In this document: positions 39,851 through 49,727 of the stretch, in pieces
Numbering within the stretch: the first letter of the stretch is position 1
Layout of the letters: every line of letters begins with the position of its first letter
IMG/VR virus record: IMGVR_UViG_3300022700_000048
Coordinates: 5,647 to 69,646 of that record
Length of the DNA stretch: 64,000 nucleotides
Direction: 5' to 3' (one strand)
DNA from: a virus
Translations under genes and position numbers: made by a program
Notes under the pieces: generated by a model
The model's input: only the letters and a program-made list of their open reading frames with translations
Database searches by the model: none
Told to the model about the DNA's origin: nothing

Positions 39851-40453
39851 ATGAAGCACATAGACAAGGAAACATATAAAATAAAACAAATTAATAGATA
39901 TAAGAATAAAACAAAGAAAAAGCAAATTATCATATCTTTTAGTTTAAGAAAAAATAATTATCACATCATTCATTCACAAAATAGAGAATACGGTAAATCT
40001 AAAAAATGGAATACATATACAATTTCAAGAGAAGGTAATATATATGAACATTATAATCCTGAATATTATAGTGATTTTATGAATATTAAAAAAGTTGATA
40101 AAAAATCAATATCAATTGTGCTTGAAAATATGTGTTCAGTTGTAAAAAATAATAATGGTAATTATATTAATTGGTTAAATGAATCATGTCCAAAAGATGT
40201 TGTTATTGAAAAACATTTTTTTGGCTCAAAATATTGGGAATTAATAAGGGAAAAACAATATAATTCAACAATTTATTTGTGTAATTATCTTTGTGAACAA
40301 TTTAATATACCTAAAAAAATTATTGACTTTCATTATTATAATGAAAATGTGGAAGATTTTAAAGGTATTGTTTTTAGAAGCAATTATTTTGAAAATAGTA
40401 CAAATATACATCCTTTATTTGATATACAAAAAATAAAAGAAAATATTAAATAG
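39851..40453 (+). CDS. N-acetylmuramoyl-L-alanine amidase-like protein, catalytically degenerate
   Basis: Colinear with the 46679 amidase, but HHT>SFS, GIE>SIV, WTH>VFR. Confidence 0.7.
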   Translation: MKHIDKETYKIKQINRYKNKTKKKQIIISFSLRKNNYHIIHSQNREYGKSKKWNTYTISREGNIYEHYNPEYYSDFMNIKKVDKKSISIVLENMCSVVKNNNGNYINWLNESCPKDVVIEKHFFGSKYWELIREKQYNSTIYLCNYLCEQFNIPKKIIDFHYYNENVEDFKGIVFRSNYFENSTNIHPLFDIQKIKENIK

Positions 40454-40461
40454 TATTTATT
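40452..40461 (+). promoter_or_regulatory. Putative late promoter AGTATTTATT
   Basis: Motif upstream of 40478. Confidence 0.65.
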
Positions 40462-40477
40462 AATAAATTAATATTTT

Positions 40478-40942
40478 ATGAATAAAAGAATACTTGACAT
40501 AAAGAAAAAAATTGATGGTAATAATTTACAAAAGAAAACCATAAAAGAGTTTGTAAAAAAGCAATTAACTACTCAAGATTTTGTAAAAAAAATGCGTTTA
40601 GTTAATGAACAAGAAGATAATGAACAAAAAAATTTAAAAACTGTATATGATCAAACAAGAGAAGAAAAAAATTTTAGAAATAATGTGGATGATTTAAACG
40701 TTGTTGTTGATTTTAATCCATTAGAAGTTTATGATGATTTTGTATTTTGGGGTGGAACAATTGATGGTATTATACAATTTGTATATAAAGTAACACCTGA
40801 TGAAGATACAAGTGGTGTTGAATTTAATTATCTTGAAGATTTTAATCCGGAAAATGAAGATAATGAAGAAATTATTGAAAGAATTGAGAATTATTATGAT
40901 CAATTTTATAAATACTGGAGAAATAATATAATACAAATATAA
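40478..40942 (+). CDS. Hypothetical protein (possible head protein)
   Basis: 154-aa ORF with VNE junction and acidic C-terminal domain. Confidence 0.6.
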   Translation: MNKRILDIKKKIDGNNLQKKTIKEFVKKQLTTQDFVKKMRLVNEQEDNEQKNLKTVYDQTREEKNFRNNVDDLNVVVDFNPLEVYDDFVFWGGTIDGIIQFVYKVTPDEDTSGVEFNYLEDFNPENEDNEEIIERIENYYDQFYKYWRNNIIQI

Positions 40943-40971
40943 AAAACCCTATTTAATTTAGGGTTTTTTTT
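40941..40971 (+). terminator. Terminator hairpin
   Basis: AAAAAACCCTA...TAGGGTTTTTTT. Confidence 0.8.
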
Positions 40972-40977
40972 ATTATA

Positions 40978-40987
40978 AGTATTTATA
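40978..40987 (+). promoter_or_regulatory. Putative late promoter AGTATTTATA
   Basis: Motif upstream of 41001. Confidence 0.7.
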
Positions 40988-41000
40988 AAAAAATATAATT

Positions 41001-41786
41001 ATGAAAACACAATTTAATTTTAGTTTAAAATCAATATTAATAATAGGAATTATTATATTTATTTTATTTAGCGGTGGGTTTGGCATTTTTAGTAGTAAAT
41101 TAAATAATATTAACCAAAAATTAGCAGAAAAAGCTAATTTAAATCGTGCCCTAAAAGATAGTATAACTTACACTGTTAATCAATATAATGAAGTAAAAGC
41201 AACTAAATTAACCCTTCAAGCCAAATTGAGAGATTTAAAAAAGTTAAATAGTAAATTAACTGATAATCAGAAAGAATTATTAAACAGAATAAATAATTTA
41301 AAAGATAAAAATAATTTAATTTCTGCTGCACTTATAGATGCTGAAATTAAAATAGATTCTTTAAAAAATTTAATATCAGATAGTACAATTGTAAATGAAA
41401 AGGATAGTTCTATTACATTCATTGAAAATAATGATTCACTTAATTATAATATAACAATTGGAAAAGTATTTGCAGCCTCAAAAGAATATGATCCAACATT
41501 TAGTATTAATAGTTTAATGATACCAAATAAACAATTTATAACATTTCAATTTGATGATAATGATAAGTATTATCAAACACCCATTAAATTTACAATATCA
41601 AATTCATCATCATTTGTAAAAACAATTAATGCAGATAGTTATACAATACCAGAAATTAATCCAGATGTTGTTAATCCATCATTTAGTGAAAAATTAAAAA
41701 AATTCCTTAATAGACCTACAGTGAAAATAATTGGAGGTGCAATACTTTTTGGGGGTGGTACTTATGTAGGTGCAACATTATTTTAA
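41001..41786 (+). CDS. Membrane-anchored coiled-coil protein (spanin-like candidate)
   Basis: N-terminal TM helix, periplasmic coiled coil, C-terminal Gly-rich hydrophobic tail IIGGAILFGGGTYVG. Confidence 0.55.
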   Translation: MKTQFNFSLKSILIIGIIIFILFSGGFGIFSSKLNNINQKLAEKANLNRALKDSITYTVNQYNEVKATKLTLQAKLRDLKKLNSKLTDNQKELLNRINNLKDKNNLISAALIDAEIKIDSLKNLISDSTIVNEKDSSITFIENNDSLNYNITIGKVFAASKEYDPTFSINSLMIPNKQFITFQFDDNDKYYQTPIKFTISNSSSFVKTINADSYTIPEINPDVVNPSFSEKLKKFLNRPTVKIIGGAILFGGGTYVGATLF

Positions 41787-41808
41787 TGAAACATAAATAA
41801 TAATATAA

Positions 41809-41850
41809 AAATGAACACATATATTGAATATTATATGTGTTCATTTGTTT
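41809..41850 (+). terminator. Hairpin/terminator
   Basis: AAATGAACACATATA...TATATGTGTTCATTT inverted repeat. Confidence 0.7.
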
Positions 41851-41874
41851 ATTATCAATTTTTTAATATATTAA

Positions 41875-41884
41875 AGTATTTATA
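41875..41884 (+). promoter_or_regulatory. Putative late promoter AGTATTTATA
   Basis: Motif upstream of 41901. Confidence 0.7.
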
Positions 41885-41900
41885 GAAAAGTTACATTCTA

Positions 41901-42116
41901 ATGAAAAAAAAGGAAAAGGATGAAATTATTGATTTAATACAAAAAGAATTAAAAGATTTTGTTAAAGATGAATTAGATAAAGAAATGGCAGATATTTTAC
42001 ATAAATCAAATAGTAAAACACATAAAGAACTAATTGATATGATTAAGGATTCGTTAGAATCAGTGTTTAAACTATTATGGGTTAAAAAAGATTTTTGGAA
42101 AACAAATATAAAATAA
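41901..42116 (+). CDS. Small helical hypothetical protein
   Basis: 71-aa ORF, TAATG-coupled to 42116. Confidence 0.65.
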   Translation: MKKKEKDEIIDLIQKELKDFVKDELDKEMADILHKSNSKTHKELIDMIKDSLESVFKLLWVKKDFWKTNIK

Positions 42117-45100
42117 TGAAAAAAAATATAACAGAAAAAAGAATTGATAGTACGTTTGATGAACCTCAATCTACTCAAGCAATTAATTTTCAAAATAAAT
42201 TTGATAAAACTATGGCAATACATGGTATTAATTTAAGTGAAGTTGATAAACAACTTAATGAAAAAGAACAATCATTAAAAAAGAAAATTTTTAGTTTATC
42301 TAAAATGGAAGCATTAGTATTTTCTGATCCTAAATTATCAGCAGTATATGATGAAATGGCTGAAAACGGTGAAGAAAAATATGGGTATCATTATAATGAA
42401 ACAATTATGAATATAATTTTTAATGATTATGTCTTAAATAGTTCAAAATATTTACAAAAATATAAGAAAGCCGTTCCCAAAAAGAAAAAAAGAAGAGATA
42501 AAAGTGGAATTGAAGCACTTAAAAAAGATACTAAGGATATAAAAAAACGTGAAAAAGAATTAAAAAAAGAAAAAGAAAATGAAAGTATAAATGAAACAAC
42601 AGGTGCTGCTAAAGCAGGTGCATATTCAACAAAAGCTGGTGATAATACTAATTATGAAGCTAATGACCTTTCTGATGGAAAAGAATGGAAAAAATTAATA
42701 GATGCTGAAATAGCTGAAATTGCTAAAGAAATGAAAATGAAGGATAAGAAGAAAAAAAAGAAAAAGGCAAAACCAGTTGATAAAACTAATTTTGTTGGTG
42801 GTAGTTCAGCAAAACCATCATGGAAAGGTGGAAAAATAGTTGATAATCCTAACAATAATTTAAATGAATCACATATGGATAGTTTAAATAATGCAAAACA
42901 AAAAGCACAAAAAATAAGTAAAGAAGATGATGTAGTACAACATGTGAATCAAATATCTGATGATAATTATGAGGTTTCTGATTGGTATGATACTGATAAA
43001 ACAATTGTGAGTTATGAAGGCGGTAGGGAATTAGATGAAAATAAATTAAATGAAAGTCATTTAGAAACAAGGGAAGATAAAATAGATTTTATTAAAAAGC
43101 ATACAGATAAAATTGCACCTTCAAATTATCCAGAATCCGGAAAGTCAATTTATGATTGGTTAAATGGATTAAATGATAAATCAATTGATAGAATTTATAA
43201 AAATATTGAAGATAAATTGGGTGTTGATGAAACAACAACTGCATCAAGTTCCGGTGCATATGTTGGTCCAGCTATGTGGGGGAGTGGTGATTTAATGAAT
43301 GGTGGAAAAGAAAAGAAAAAAGATAAAAAACCTTATTGGAAAGGTGGTGAAATGATTAAAGAGGGTAATTATTTAACAAATTCTAATGGATTTGAAAAGT
43401 ATTACAATATGTTAACAGAAGGAAAAAATTTAGATATATCTGAAATAAAAAAACAACTTGAAGGCACAGAAATAAAATCATTAGAACATGAAGGAATGGT
43501 ATATGTAGAAAATGGTATTGCATATAGTGCTGATGATCAACAACCACTTAATTTAAATGATCAAGGATGGAGAAATTTATATAACGAATATTTTGAAAAT
43601 GAATTTGGTATACATCCTGATACTATGAAAGATGATAATGATACATTTAGTTGGGATCAATTATCAAGTATGGGTTTAATTGAAAATGGTGATATGAATG
43701 AACATCATTTAGAAACAAAAGATCAAAAAATTAGATTTATCATGAATAATATGGAAGATACTATGCCAATTGAAATATTAAATGATATGTCTGATGAAGA
43801 TATTGATACATTATATCAACAATTAGAATCTGAAATGGGATTAAATGAAAATCTTAATAGAGATGATATTATTGGTTTTGATAAAATTATGAGTCAGCTA
43901 AATACTATGGGTGCTTTTGATTATGATTTATTTAATGATGTGTGTGAAAAAAATAATATTGATGGTGTAACATTGATTAATATGATTGCAAATGAAAGAA
44001 AAAAACAAAGTGATAAAGCATCATTGAATGAAAAATCTAAATCAAAATCTCAACAACAAGCAGCAGGTATGGCACTTGCAGCCAAAAGGGGTGAAATGGA
44101 TGTTGAAGATTTAAAGGGTGCTGCTAAACAAATGTATGATAGTATGAATACTGATGATCTTGAAGATTTTGCAGAAACCGAACATGAGGGTTTACCAAAA
44201 CATGTTGATGAAAATAAAGAAAATTTAGTTGATTTTGACATACCTGAATGGGCAATGTCAGCATTGATTAATGATGACAGAAGTGGTTTAAGTGATGAAG
44301 ATGAAGCAAAATTAGATGAATTTATTAATGATGTTGCTAATCAATATGGAAATGCGCATTTTCTATTAGGTGATATTGATGGTGAAGATAATTTGGGTTT
44401 TAAACATTCTAATGACATTGATAATTTAGGTAGTGATGTATATAGAGTATATATTAATCCATCGAAACAATTAAATGAAAAATCAGAGTCCGAAGAACAA
44501 AGAAAAGCAGCAGGTGCTGCACTTGCAGCTAAAAGAGGTGAAATGAATGCTAATGAATTGTATGGTGCTGCTAAAGATATGTATAATAGTATGAGTGAAG
44601 ATGATCTTGAAGATTATGCATCTGGTGTTAAAGAAAATCAAAATGAAAATATGGAAATAAATGAACATCATCTTTCAACAAAGGAAGATAAAATGAAGTT
44701 CATAATGAAAGCAGATGAATTATTAACGGGTACACAAAGACCAGAAAATAAATTTTTAGAATATCTTAATAAATTAAATGATGAGAAATTACATAATTTA
44801 TATTTAAGATATGAAAATAAATTAAAAAAAGAAGGTTATGATCCAACAGAAATAGATATTAATCAAAAAAGTAAATTAGATGAACATCATCTTGAAAATA
44901 ATGAAGATAAAATAAATTATATAAAAAAAGTTGCTCCATTATTAATGCCAACAACAATGGTTGATAGTTATATTGAATTATTAAAAAATTCTTCTGATGA
45001 TATGATACATGATGCGTATTTAAAAGCAGAAGATATGCTAAGAAATAAAGGTATTGACCCTGAAAAAATAACTGAAACAATGATTGATAATCAAGAAGAT

Positions 45101-46204
45101 TCAATGAAATTAGACCCTAATCCAATAAATGTTGATGCCGGATCGGATATGCCCAAAGGTATGCAATCTAGTGGTTCAATGGGTGAAAGTAAAAAAAATA
45201 AAAATATTATGAAAGAATCAAATGAATATTTAGAAAAATTAAATAAAGATTTAAAACTTATTGAAATGCATCAAAATAAATTAGAAGAAGATCGTAAAAC
45301 ATCAAGTCTTGTAATGAAGGATCGATATGGTAAAGAAAATGAAAAAAATTTTAAACAAGACCTTAAACATAGTGGTACAAAAGATATAATTGATACAACA
45401 AAAGAACTTGAATGGAAAGATCAACAAACAGAAGTTGGAAAAGACCCACAAAAATTGGGTAAAGATATTGAAAAACAACATATGAAAAATACAAAAGGTG
45501 ATTCATTTGAAAATAAAGGTAATTCAACAAATAATGATGGTAATGAAATACCTAAACGTAATTTAACTGATGATGAAGCTGATGAAGTTGATTTATATCG
45601 TAAAGGTCTTGGTGATTTTGTATATGATAATGAACCAAGTGAAAGATATAAGGAAAGAATGAAACGTGATATGGGTGAAAAGAATTATAAGAAAAGACAA
45701 GATAGACTTGATTTTCAAGCAAAAGCACCAATGTATAATAAAGATAGTACACCTGTTGATGATGGTATTGAAAAAGTTCAATATGATAAAGATAAAAGTA
45801 AATGGAATAGTAGAATGGGTATTAAAGAATCAACATTAACTGGTAAGTATACTGATGAAATGGGTAAAACAAGAATTTTTGATTTTAGTACATTAAATGT
45901 GCAAGAAATTAATGATTTAAAAAATAATAAAAATGGTGCATTTTTTAAAATGGACATGACCGGACTTGGTAATTCATATGATAAAAAAGGTCAAATTCTT
46001 GAAAATATTACAACTGCTATTAATGAATGGGAATTTTATACTGATGGTAATAAAAATGTATTTGCATATAAACCAATAAAAAAACTAAACGAAAATAAAG
46101 AAAAGAATAATAAAAAAAATGTTAATGAAGAGTTTAATAAAATGAAACATCTTTTAAATTATAAACCAAAAGATTTTATTGATACTAAAAAAAATAAATT
46201 ATAA
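42116..46204 (+). CDS. Large modular protein (probable internal head protein) with repeated modules including two DUF3008-like units
   Basis: 4x E(H/S)HL...(E/D).KI.(F/Y)I; 2x KS.S..Q..AAG.ALAAKRGE...L.GAAK.MY.SM..DDLED(F/Y)A; 2x ETT.A...GAY; ATG 42116 preferred over TTG 42095. Confidence 0.75.
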   Translation: MKKNITEKRIDSTFDEPQSTQAINFQNKFDKTMAIHGINLSEVDKQLNEKEQSLKKKIFSLSKMEALVFSDPKLSAVYDEMAENGEEKYGYHYNETIMNIIFNDYVLNSSKYLQKYKKAVPKKKKRRDKSGIEALKKDTKDIKKREKELKKEKENESINETTGAAKAGAYSTKAGDNTNYEANDLSDGKEWKKLIDAEIAEIAKEMKMKDKKKKKKKAKPVDKTNFVGGSSAKPSWKGGKIVDNPNNNLNESHMDSLNNAKQKAQKISKEDDVVQHVNQISDDNYEVSDWYDTDKTIVSYEGGRELDENKLNESHLETREDKIDFIKKHTDKIAPSNYPESGKSIYDWLNGLNDKSIDRIYKNIEDKLGVDETTTASSSGAYVGPAMWGSGDLMNGGKEKKKDKKPYWKGGEMIKEGNYLTNSNGFEKYYNMLTEGKNLDISEIKKQLEGTEIKSLEHEGMVYVENGIAYSADDQQPLNLNDQGWRNLYNEYFENEFGIHPDTMKDDNDTFSWDQLSSMGLIENGDMNEHHLETKDQKIRFIMNNMEDTMPIEILNDMSDEDIDTLYQQLESEMGLNENLNRDDIIGFDKIMSQLNTMGAFDYDLFNDVCEKNNIDGVTLINMIANERKKQSDKASLNEKSKSKSQQQAAGMALAAKRGEMDVEDLKGAAKQMYDSMNTDDLEDFAETEHEGLPKHVDENKENLVDFDIPEWAMSALINDDRSGLSDEDEAKLDEFINDVANQYGNAHFLLGDIDGEDNLGFKHSNDIDNLGSDVYRVYINPSKQLNEKSESEEQRKAAGAALAAKRGEMNANELYGAAKDMYNSMSEDDLEDYASGVKENQNENMEINEHHLSTKEDKMKFIMKADELLTGTQRPENKFLEYLNKLNDEKLHNLYLRYENKLKKEGYDPTEIDINQKSKLDEHHLENNEDKINYIKKVAPLLMPTTMVDSYIELLKNSSDDMIHDAYLKAEDMLRNKGIDPEKITETMIDNQEDSMKLDPNPINVDAGSDMPKGMQSSGSMGESKKNKNIMKESNEYLEKLNKDLKLIEMHQNKLEEDRKTSSLVMKDRYGKENEKNFKQDLKHSGTKDIIDTTKELEWKDQQTEVGKDPQKLGKDIEKQHMKNTKGDSFENKGNSTNNDGNEIPKRNLTDDEADEVDLYRKGLGDFVYDNEPSERYKERMKRDMGEKNYKKRQDRLDFQAKAPMYNKDSTPVDDGIEKVQYDKDKSKWNSRMGIKESTLTGKYTDEMGKTRIFDFSTLNVQEINDLKNNKNGAFFKMDMTGLGNSYDKKGQILENITTAINEWEFYTDGNKNVFAYKPIKKLNENKEKNNKKNVNEEFNKMKHLLNYKPKDFIDTKKNKL

Positions 46205-46205
46205 T

Positions 46206-46580
46206 ATGGAAAAACATTGGACTGATATAAATTATAATGAATTTATTAATGCTTATAATAAATATCCACCAAATTGGTGGATACGAACAGTATTTAAATA
46301 TTTTTCAAAAAGTAATGAAACAAAGAAAAATATGAAAGTAAGTAATATTTTTACTGGCATTCTTATAGGATTATTCAGTTTAGGTGTGTTAGGTATTATT
46401 TTAAATTGGTCTGATAAAATAATTGGTATATTTACTGTATTATATTCAATAATATTACCCACATTAATAATATTTATATTTATTGGTGTTTGGATGAATA
46501 ATAAAAGAATAAAAAAAATAGCAAAATTATTAAATATTACAATAAAAGAATATGATTTAATATCAAGGAGATATTTATAA
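46206..46580 (+). CDS. Two-TM membrane protein
   Basis: Two hydrophobic helices; ATG 46206. Confidence 0.65.
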   Translation: MEKHWTDINYNEFINAYNKYPPNWWIRTVFKYFSKSNETKKNMKVSNIFTGILIGLFSLGVLGIILNWSDKIIGIFTVLYSIILPTLIIFIFIGVWMNNKRIKKIAKLLNITIKEYDLISRRYL

Positions 46581-46599
46581 AAAAAAAGATAGATTTTAT

Positions 46600-46640
46600 A
46601 AAAAAAGGAATGTATATTTTATTAATACATTCCTTTTTTT
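46600..46640 (+). terminator. Terminator hairpin
   Basis: AAAAAAAGGAATGTAT...ATACATTCCTTTTTTT. Confidence 0.8.
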
Positions 46641-46651
46641 ATTGATAATAT

Positions 46652-46661
46652 AGTATTTATA
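46652..46661 (+). promoter_or_regulatory. Putative late promoter AGTATTTATA
   Basis: Motif upstream of endolysin. Confidence 0.75.
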
Positions 46662-46678
46662 ATAAAATATAATTTATT

Positions 46679-47458
46679 ATGGGAAGTAGAAACATATTTA
46701 CATTTGGTTTAATGTCTGATACATTAAAATACGCTACAAAGCAAAAAGAAAAAGAAAAAAAAGAATTTGAAAAATTAGATTTAAGTAAAATTAATTTTGT
46801 TAATTTCCCTTCAGATCAATATTATAGAAAACAAACTAAAAAAAATCAAATTGTGTTACATCATACCGTATCTGGACAAGGTGCTAATGGTGATATAAAT
46901 TGGTGGTTACAAACATCATCTCGAATTGCAACACATATTATTGTTGATTGGAAAGGTCAAATATACCAATGTTACTCTTCAAAATATTGGGGGCATCATT
47001 TGGGCGTTAAATCAAATTTTATAAGGAAAATGGATACAAATAAATCAAATGTTTTTTTAAATAAACATTCAATTGGTATTGAAATTGATTCGTGGGGAGG
47101 ATTAGTTAAAAATAATCGTAATTGGTATCCAGCAAAATGGGATAGTAATAAAAGAAAATTTATTGCAAATACATCATTTGCACCTATAAAAAATGTTCAA
47201 AAATACCCTAAAGGGTTTAGAGGTTTTTATGGTTTTGAAAAATATACTAATGAACAAATAGAAGCTGTAAGAAAATTATTAGTTTATTGGAAATCTAAAT
47301 ATAATATTCCCCTAAAATATAATGATAATATGTGGGATGTTAATGAAGAGGCATTAAATGGTGTACCGGGTGTATGGACACATGTTAGTTATAGAAATGA
47401 TAAATCCGATTGTCATCCACAACCAGAATTAATATCTATGTTAAGATCATTAGATTAG
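46679..47458 (+). CDS. N-acetylmuramoyl-L-alanine amidase (Amidase_2), probable endolysin
   Basis: IVLHHT, THIIVD, NKHSIGIEI, YTNEQ, WTH...SDCHP. Confidence 0.9.
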   Translation: MGSRNIFTFGLMSDTLKYATKQKEKEKKEFEKLDLSKINFVNFPSDQYYRKQTKKNQIVLHHTVSGQGANGDINWWLQTSSRIATHIIVDWKGQIYQCYSSKYWGHHLGVKSNFIRKMDTNKSNVFLNKHSIGIEIDSWGGLVKNNRNWYPAKWDSNKRKFIANTSFAPIKNVQKYPKGFRGFYGFEKYTNEQIEAVRKLLVYWKSKYNIPLKYNDNMWDVNEEALNGVPGVWTHVSYRNDKSDCHPQPELISMLRSLD

Positions 47459-47462
47459 TATT

Positions 47463-47900
47463 ATGAAACAAAATGATAATAATCAAATTACCACTAAATT
47501 CAAAATAATTAAAGATAGAATTGAAATATATAGAGATTTTACATTTAATTTATTATATTATATTTATGATTATTATTTAGATAAAGAAACACTTTCATTG
47601 GATCAGGATATAAAAAACCATTTTTTATTTTGTTATAATAAAACATGTAATGATTTTTTAAAAGAAGAAATTGATTTTAGAGAAAATAAAGAACTTATTG
47701 AATATTTTTATGTTTATTATTATCACCACTTTTATAAAGTTAATAATGACATTAAAATAGATTTTTTTATTAATTTTTGGAATAGTATATTTAATATTGA
47801 TGGCTTAAAAAATAAAAATTTATTAAACGTTATGGTCGAATTATATCAAGTATTTGATCGATCAATTTCAAATAAAAAAAATATTTTAGAATTTATATAA
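47463..47900 (+). CDS. Hypothetical protein
   Basis: 145-aa Tyr/Phe-rich ORF. Confidence 0.6.
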   Translation: MKQNDNNQITTKFKIIKDRIEIYRDFTFNLLYYIYDYYLDKETLSLDQDIKNHFLFCYNKTCNDFLKEEIDFRENKELIEYFYVYYYHHFYKVNNDIKIDFFINFWNSIFNIDGLKNKNLLNVMVELYQVFDRSISNKKNILEFI

Positions 47901-47907
47901 AAAATTC

Positions 47908-47938
47908 TTGTATTAACAGTATTTATTGATTACCTTTA
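47908..47938 (+). promoter_or_regulatory. Nested promoters: sigma-A-like TTG-N20-TACCTTTA with late motif AGTATTTATT (47918-47927) in its spacer
   Basis: Both motifs upstream of 47979. Confidence 0.5.
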
Positions 47939-47978
47939 CAACTATAAAAAATTACATTATATTATAAAATAAAAAAAA

Positions 47979-48281
47979 ATGGCAAATTTAAAGAAAGACC
48001 TTTTAAACAATTTAGGAAATGATAAGTATTATGCTGAACTCGAATTAGCACGTTTAGCACAAGACCCCAATATGGTTTATCGTGATAAAGTTAATGAGAT
48101 GTCATATCTTCTTAAAGAATTGGCAGCTATTGATCTTTCAACACAATTAATTGGTAAGTATTTTCCAGATGAACAACAAGTAACGGATCAAAGTGGAATG
48201 GAACAGGGTCAATCTAAACCCCAACCCCAACCCCAACCAGACCAACCTAAACCTCATCCGGGACAATCACATGGGGAGTAA
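47979..48281 (+). CDS. Hypothetical protein with Gln/Pro tail
   Basis: 100 aa, ends KPQPQPQPDQPKPHPGQSHGE. Confidence 0.7.
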   Translation: MANLKKDLLNNLGNDKYYAELELARLAQDPNMVYRDKVNEMSYLLKELAAIDLSTQLIGKYFPDEQQVTDQSGMEQGQSKPQPQPQPDQPKPHPGQSHGE

Positions 48282-48283
48282 AA

Positions 48284-48484
48284 ATGAACATATTTGCTGA
48301 AATATATCAGTTTTTATTTATATCTTCCATCATTTTTATTATTTATATTTTATTTGATATGATAATAAAAATGTATGGAAGATTTATTCAAAAAAATGAT
48401 AGTATACGTTATGTAATGACAACACCAAGAAAAATCATTTTTTGGTTATCAATCTCTTTAATTTTAAGTTATTTAATTGTATAA
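48284..48484 (+). CDS. Small two-TM membrane protein
   Basis: 66 aa, two hydrophobic segments. Confidence 0.6.
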   Translation: MNIFAEIYQFLFISSIIFIIYILFDMIIKMYGRFIQKNDSIRYVMTTPRKIIFWLSISLILSYLIV

Positions 48485-48487
48485 TAA

Positions 48488-49027
48488 ATGAAAGTAGAAG
48501 AAAAATTAAAACCATTATCAGGATATTTAATTTCTATAAAAAGAAATACTGTAAATGGATGGTACGAACTTCAAATTGGTGTTCCTGCTGATTGGATTTA
48601 TAAAGGTAATGATATTATTAAATGTGAACCAATACAAACAGTAGATGCAGGACATATTTTATTAATTTCACCAAAAAAAGATGATGTTATTGTTGATGAT
48701 TTAATAGATTTTGTTGTTTTAATTATTGAAACAAATCAAAAAATTCGTGAAAAAGAAAAAGAATTTACAAATAAAATGGATACCGTAAAAAAAAGTTTAG
48801 AAGATGAAGCAAAACAATTTTATAAACAATTAGAAGATTTAAAAGAAAAGTCTTTTAGTAAATTTAATACTACTAATATAAAACCTGATAAATCATCAAA
48901 TACAACATCATCAAAAGATGATGATAAAAATAATAAAAAAGACGATAATAACAAAATAACATCAAAAACAACTACTGAAAAAAAAGGTAGAGGAAGACCA
49001 CCCAAAAAGAAAAATGAAAAAAAATAA
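48488..49027 (+). CDS. Hypothetical protein with C-terminal AT-hook motif
   Basis: KKGRGRPPKK at the C-terminus. Confidence 0.65.
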   Translation: MKVEEKLKPLSGYLISIKRNTVNGWYELQIGVPADWIYKGNDIIKCEPIQTVDAGHILLISPKKDDVIVDDLIDFVVLIIETNQKIREKEKEFTNKMDTVKKSLEDEAKQFYKQLEDLKEKSFSKFNTTNIKPDKSSNTTSSKDDDKNNKKDDNNKITSKTTTEKKGRGRPPKKKNEKK

Positions 49028-49376
49028 TGAAAATTTAAAATATGATGAATTATCTATTGATCATGACGATGATGAATTTAATTATAACGAATTTTCACAA
49101 TTTTTAGAAGAACACACAAAAAGACAAAAAAAAAGAATGGCATCCGAAATAATTAATATGGGTGAAGATTTTCTTTCTGAAATTGATTATAAGAAACAAA
49201 TTAAACAACAAGAAAAAAAACCCCATATAAATTATATTATAAAAAAAACCAATAAATATTCAGAAAAATATTTATTGGAATTAGATTATAATGATGTTTT
49301 TAAAATATATAAAGAAATCAAATATCAAAATAGATCAATTTTTAGAAAATTTATTGAATTTTTGGGTTTAGTTTAA
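49014..49376 (+). CDS. Hypothetical protein
   Basis: 120-aa ORF. Confidence 0.6.
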   Translation: MKKNNENLKYDELSIDHDDDEFNYNEFSQFLEEHTKRQKKRMASEIINMGEDFLSEIDYKKQIKQQEKKPHINYIIKKTNKYSEKYLLELDYNDVFKIYKEIKYQNRSIFRKFIEFLGLV

Positions 49377-49706
49377 TATATCTCTTTCATCAGTATCATC
49401 TAATGAATCTTTCATTAATGATTCTGCTTTATTATTTTTTTTCTTTAATAAATTTTCTTTTTCAAGTTTTATTTTTTTATTTTCTTTAGCAGTTTTAAAA
49501 CCAAGTAATGTTAATAAAAGAGTAATTAACTCACCAATTAGTATATAATCAATTTTTTTATTTTCCACCATAATCCAAATACTTACACCAACAGCAATAG
49601 TTAATAAAATTAATGTTATCAGTGCACCAAATTTAGTCATACTAAATTTTTTTGAATTTGTATCTCTTAGAATGTCTCTAAATAAATTTCTTTTCAGCAT
49701 TTTCAT
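49368..49706 (-). CDS. Two-TM protein with charged tail, holin candidate
   Basis: KFSMTKF + TM1 + TM2 + basic/acidic tail; has its own late motif. Confidence 0.55.
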   Translation of the reverse strand: MKMLKRNLFRDILRDTNSKKFSMTKFGALITLILLTIAVGVSIWIMVENKKIDYILIGELITLLLTLLGFKTAKENKKIKLEKENLLKKKNNKAESLMKDSLDDTDERDILN

Positions 49707-49727
49707 TATTTTTTTTTTGTTTTTAAA

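Noticed and set aside
48217-48240. CCCCAA x3-4 telomere-like repeat
   Set aside because: It encodes the Pro-Gln repeat of the 47979 protein.
448-48820. Many 60-180 aa antisense or alternate-frame ORFs in the track (e.g. 3704-4243, 8824-9123, 14088-14429, 41891-42223)
   Set aside because: They are nested within stronger genes and have Phe/Leu/Ile-rich shadow composition, with no promoter or motif support.
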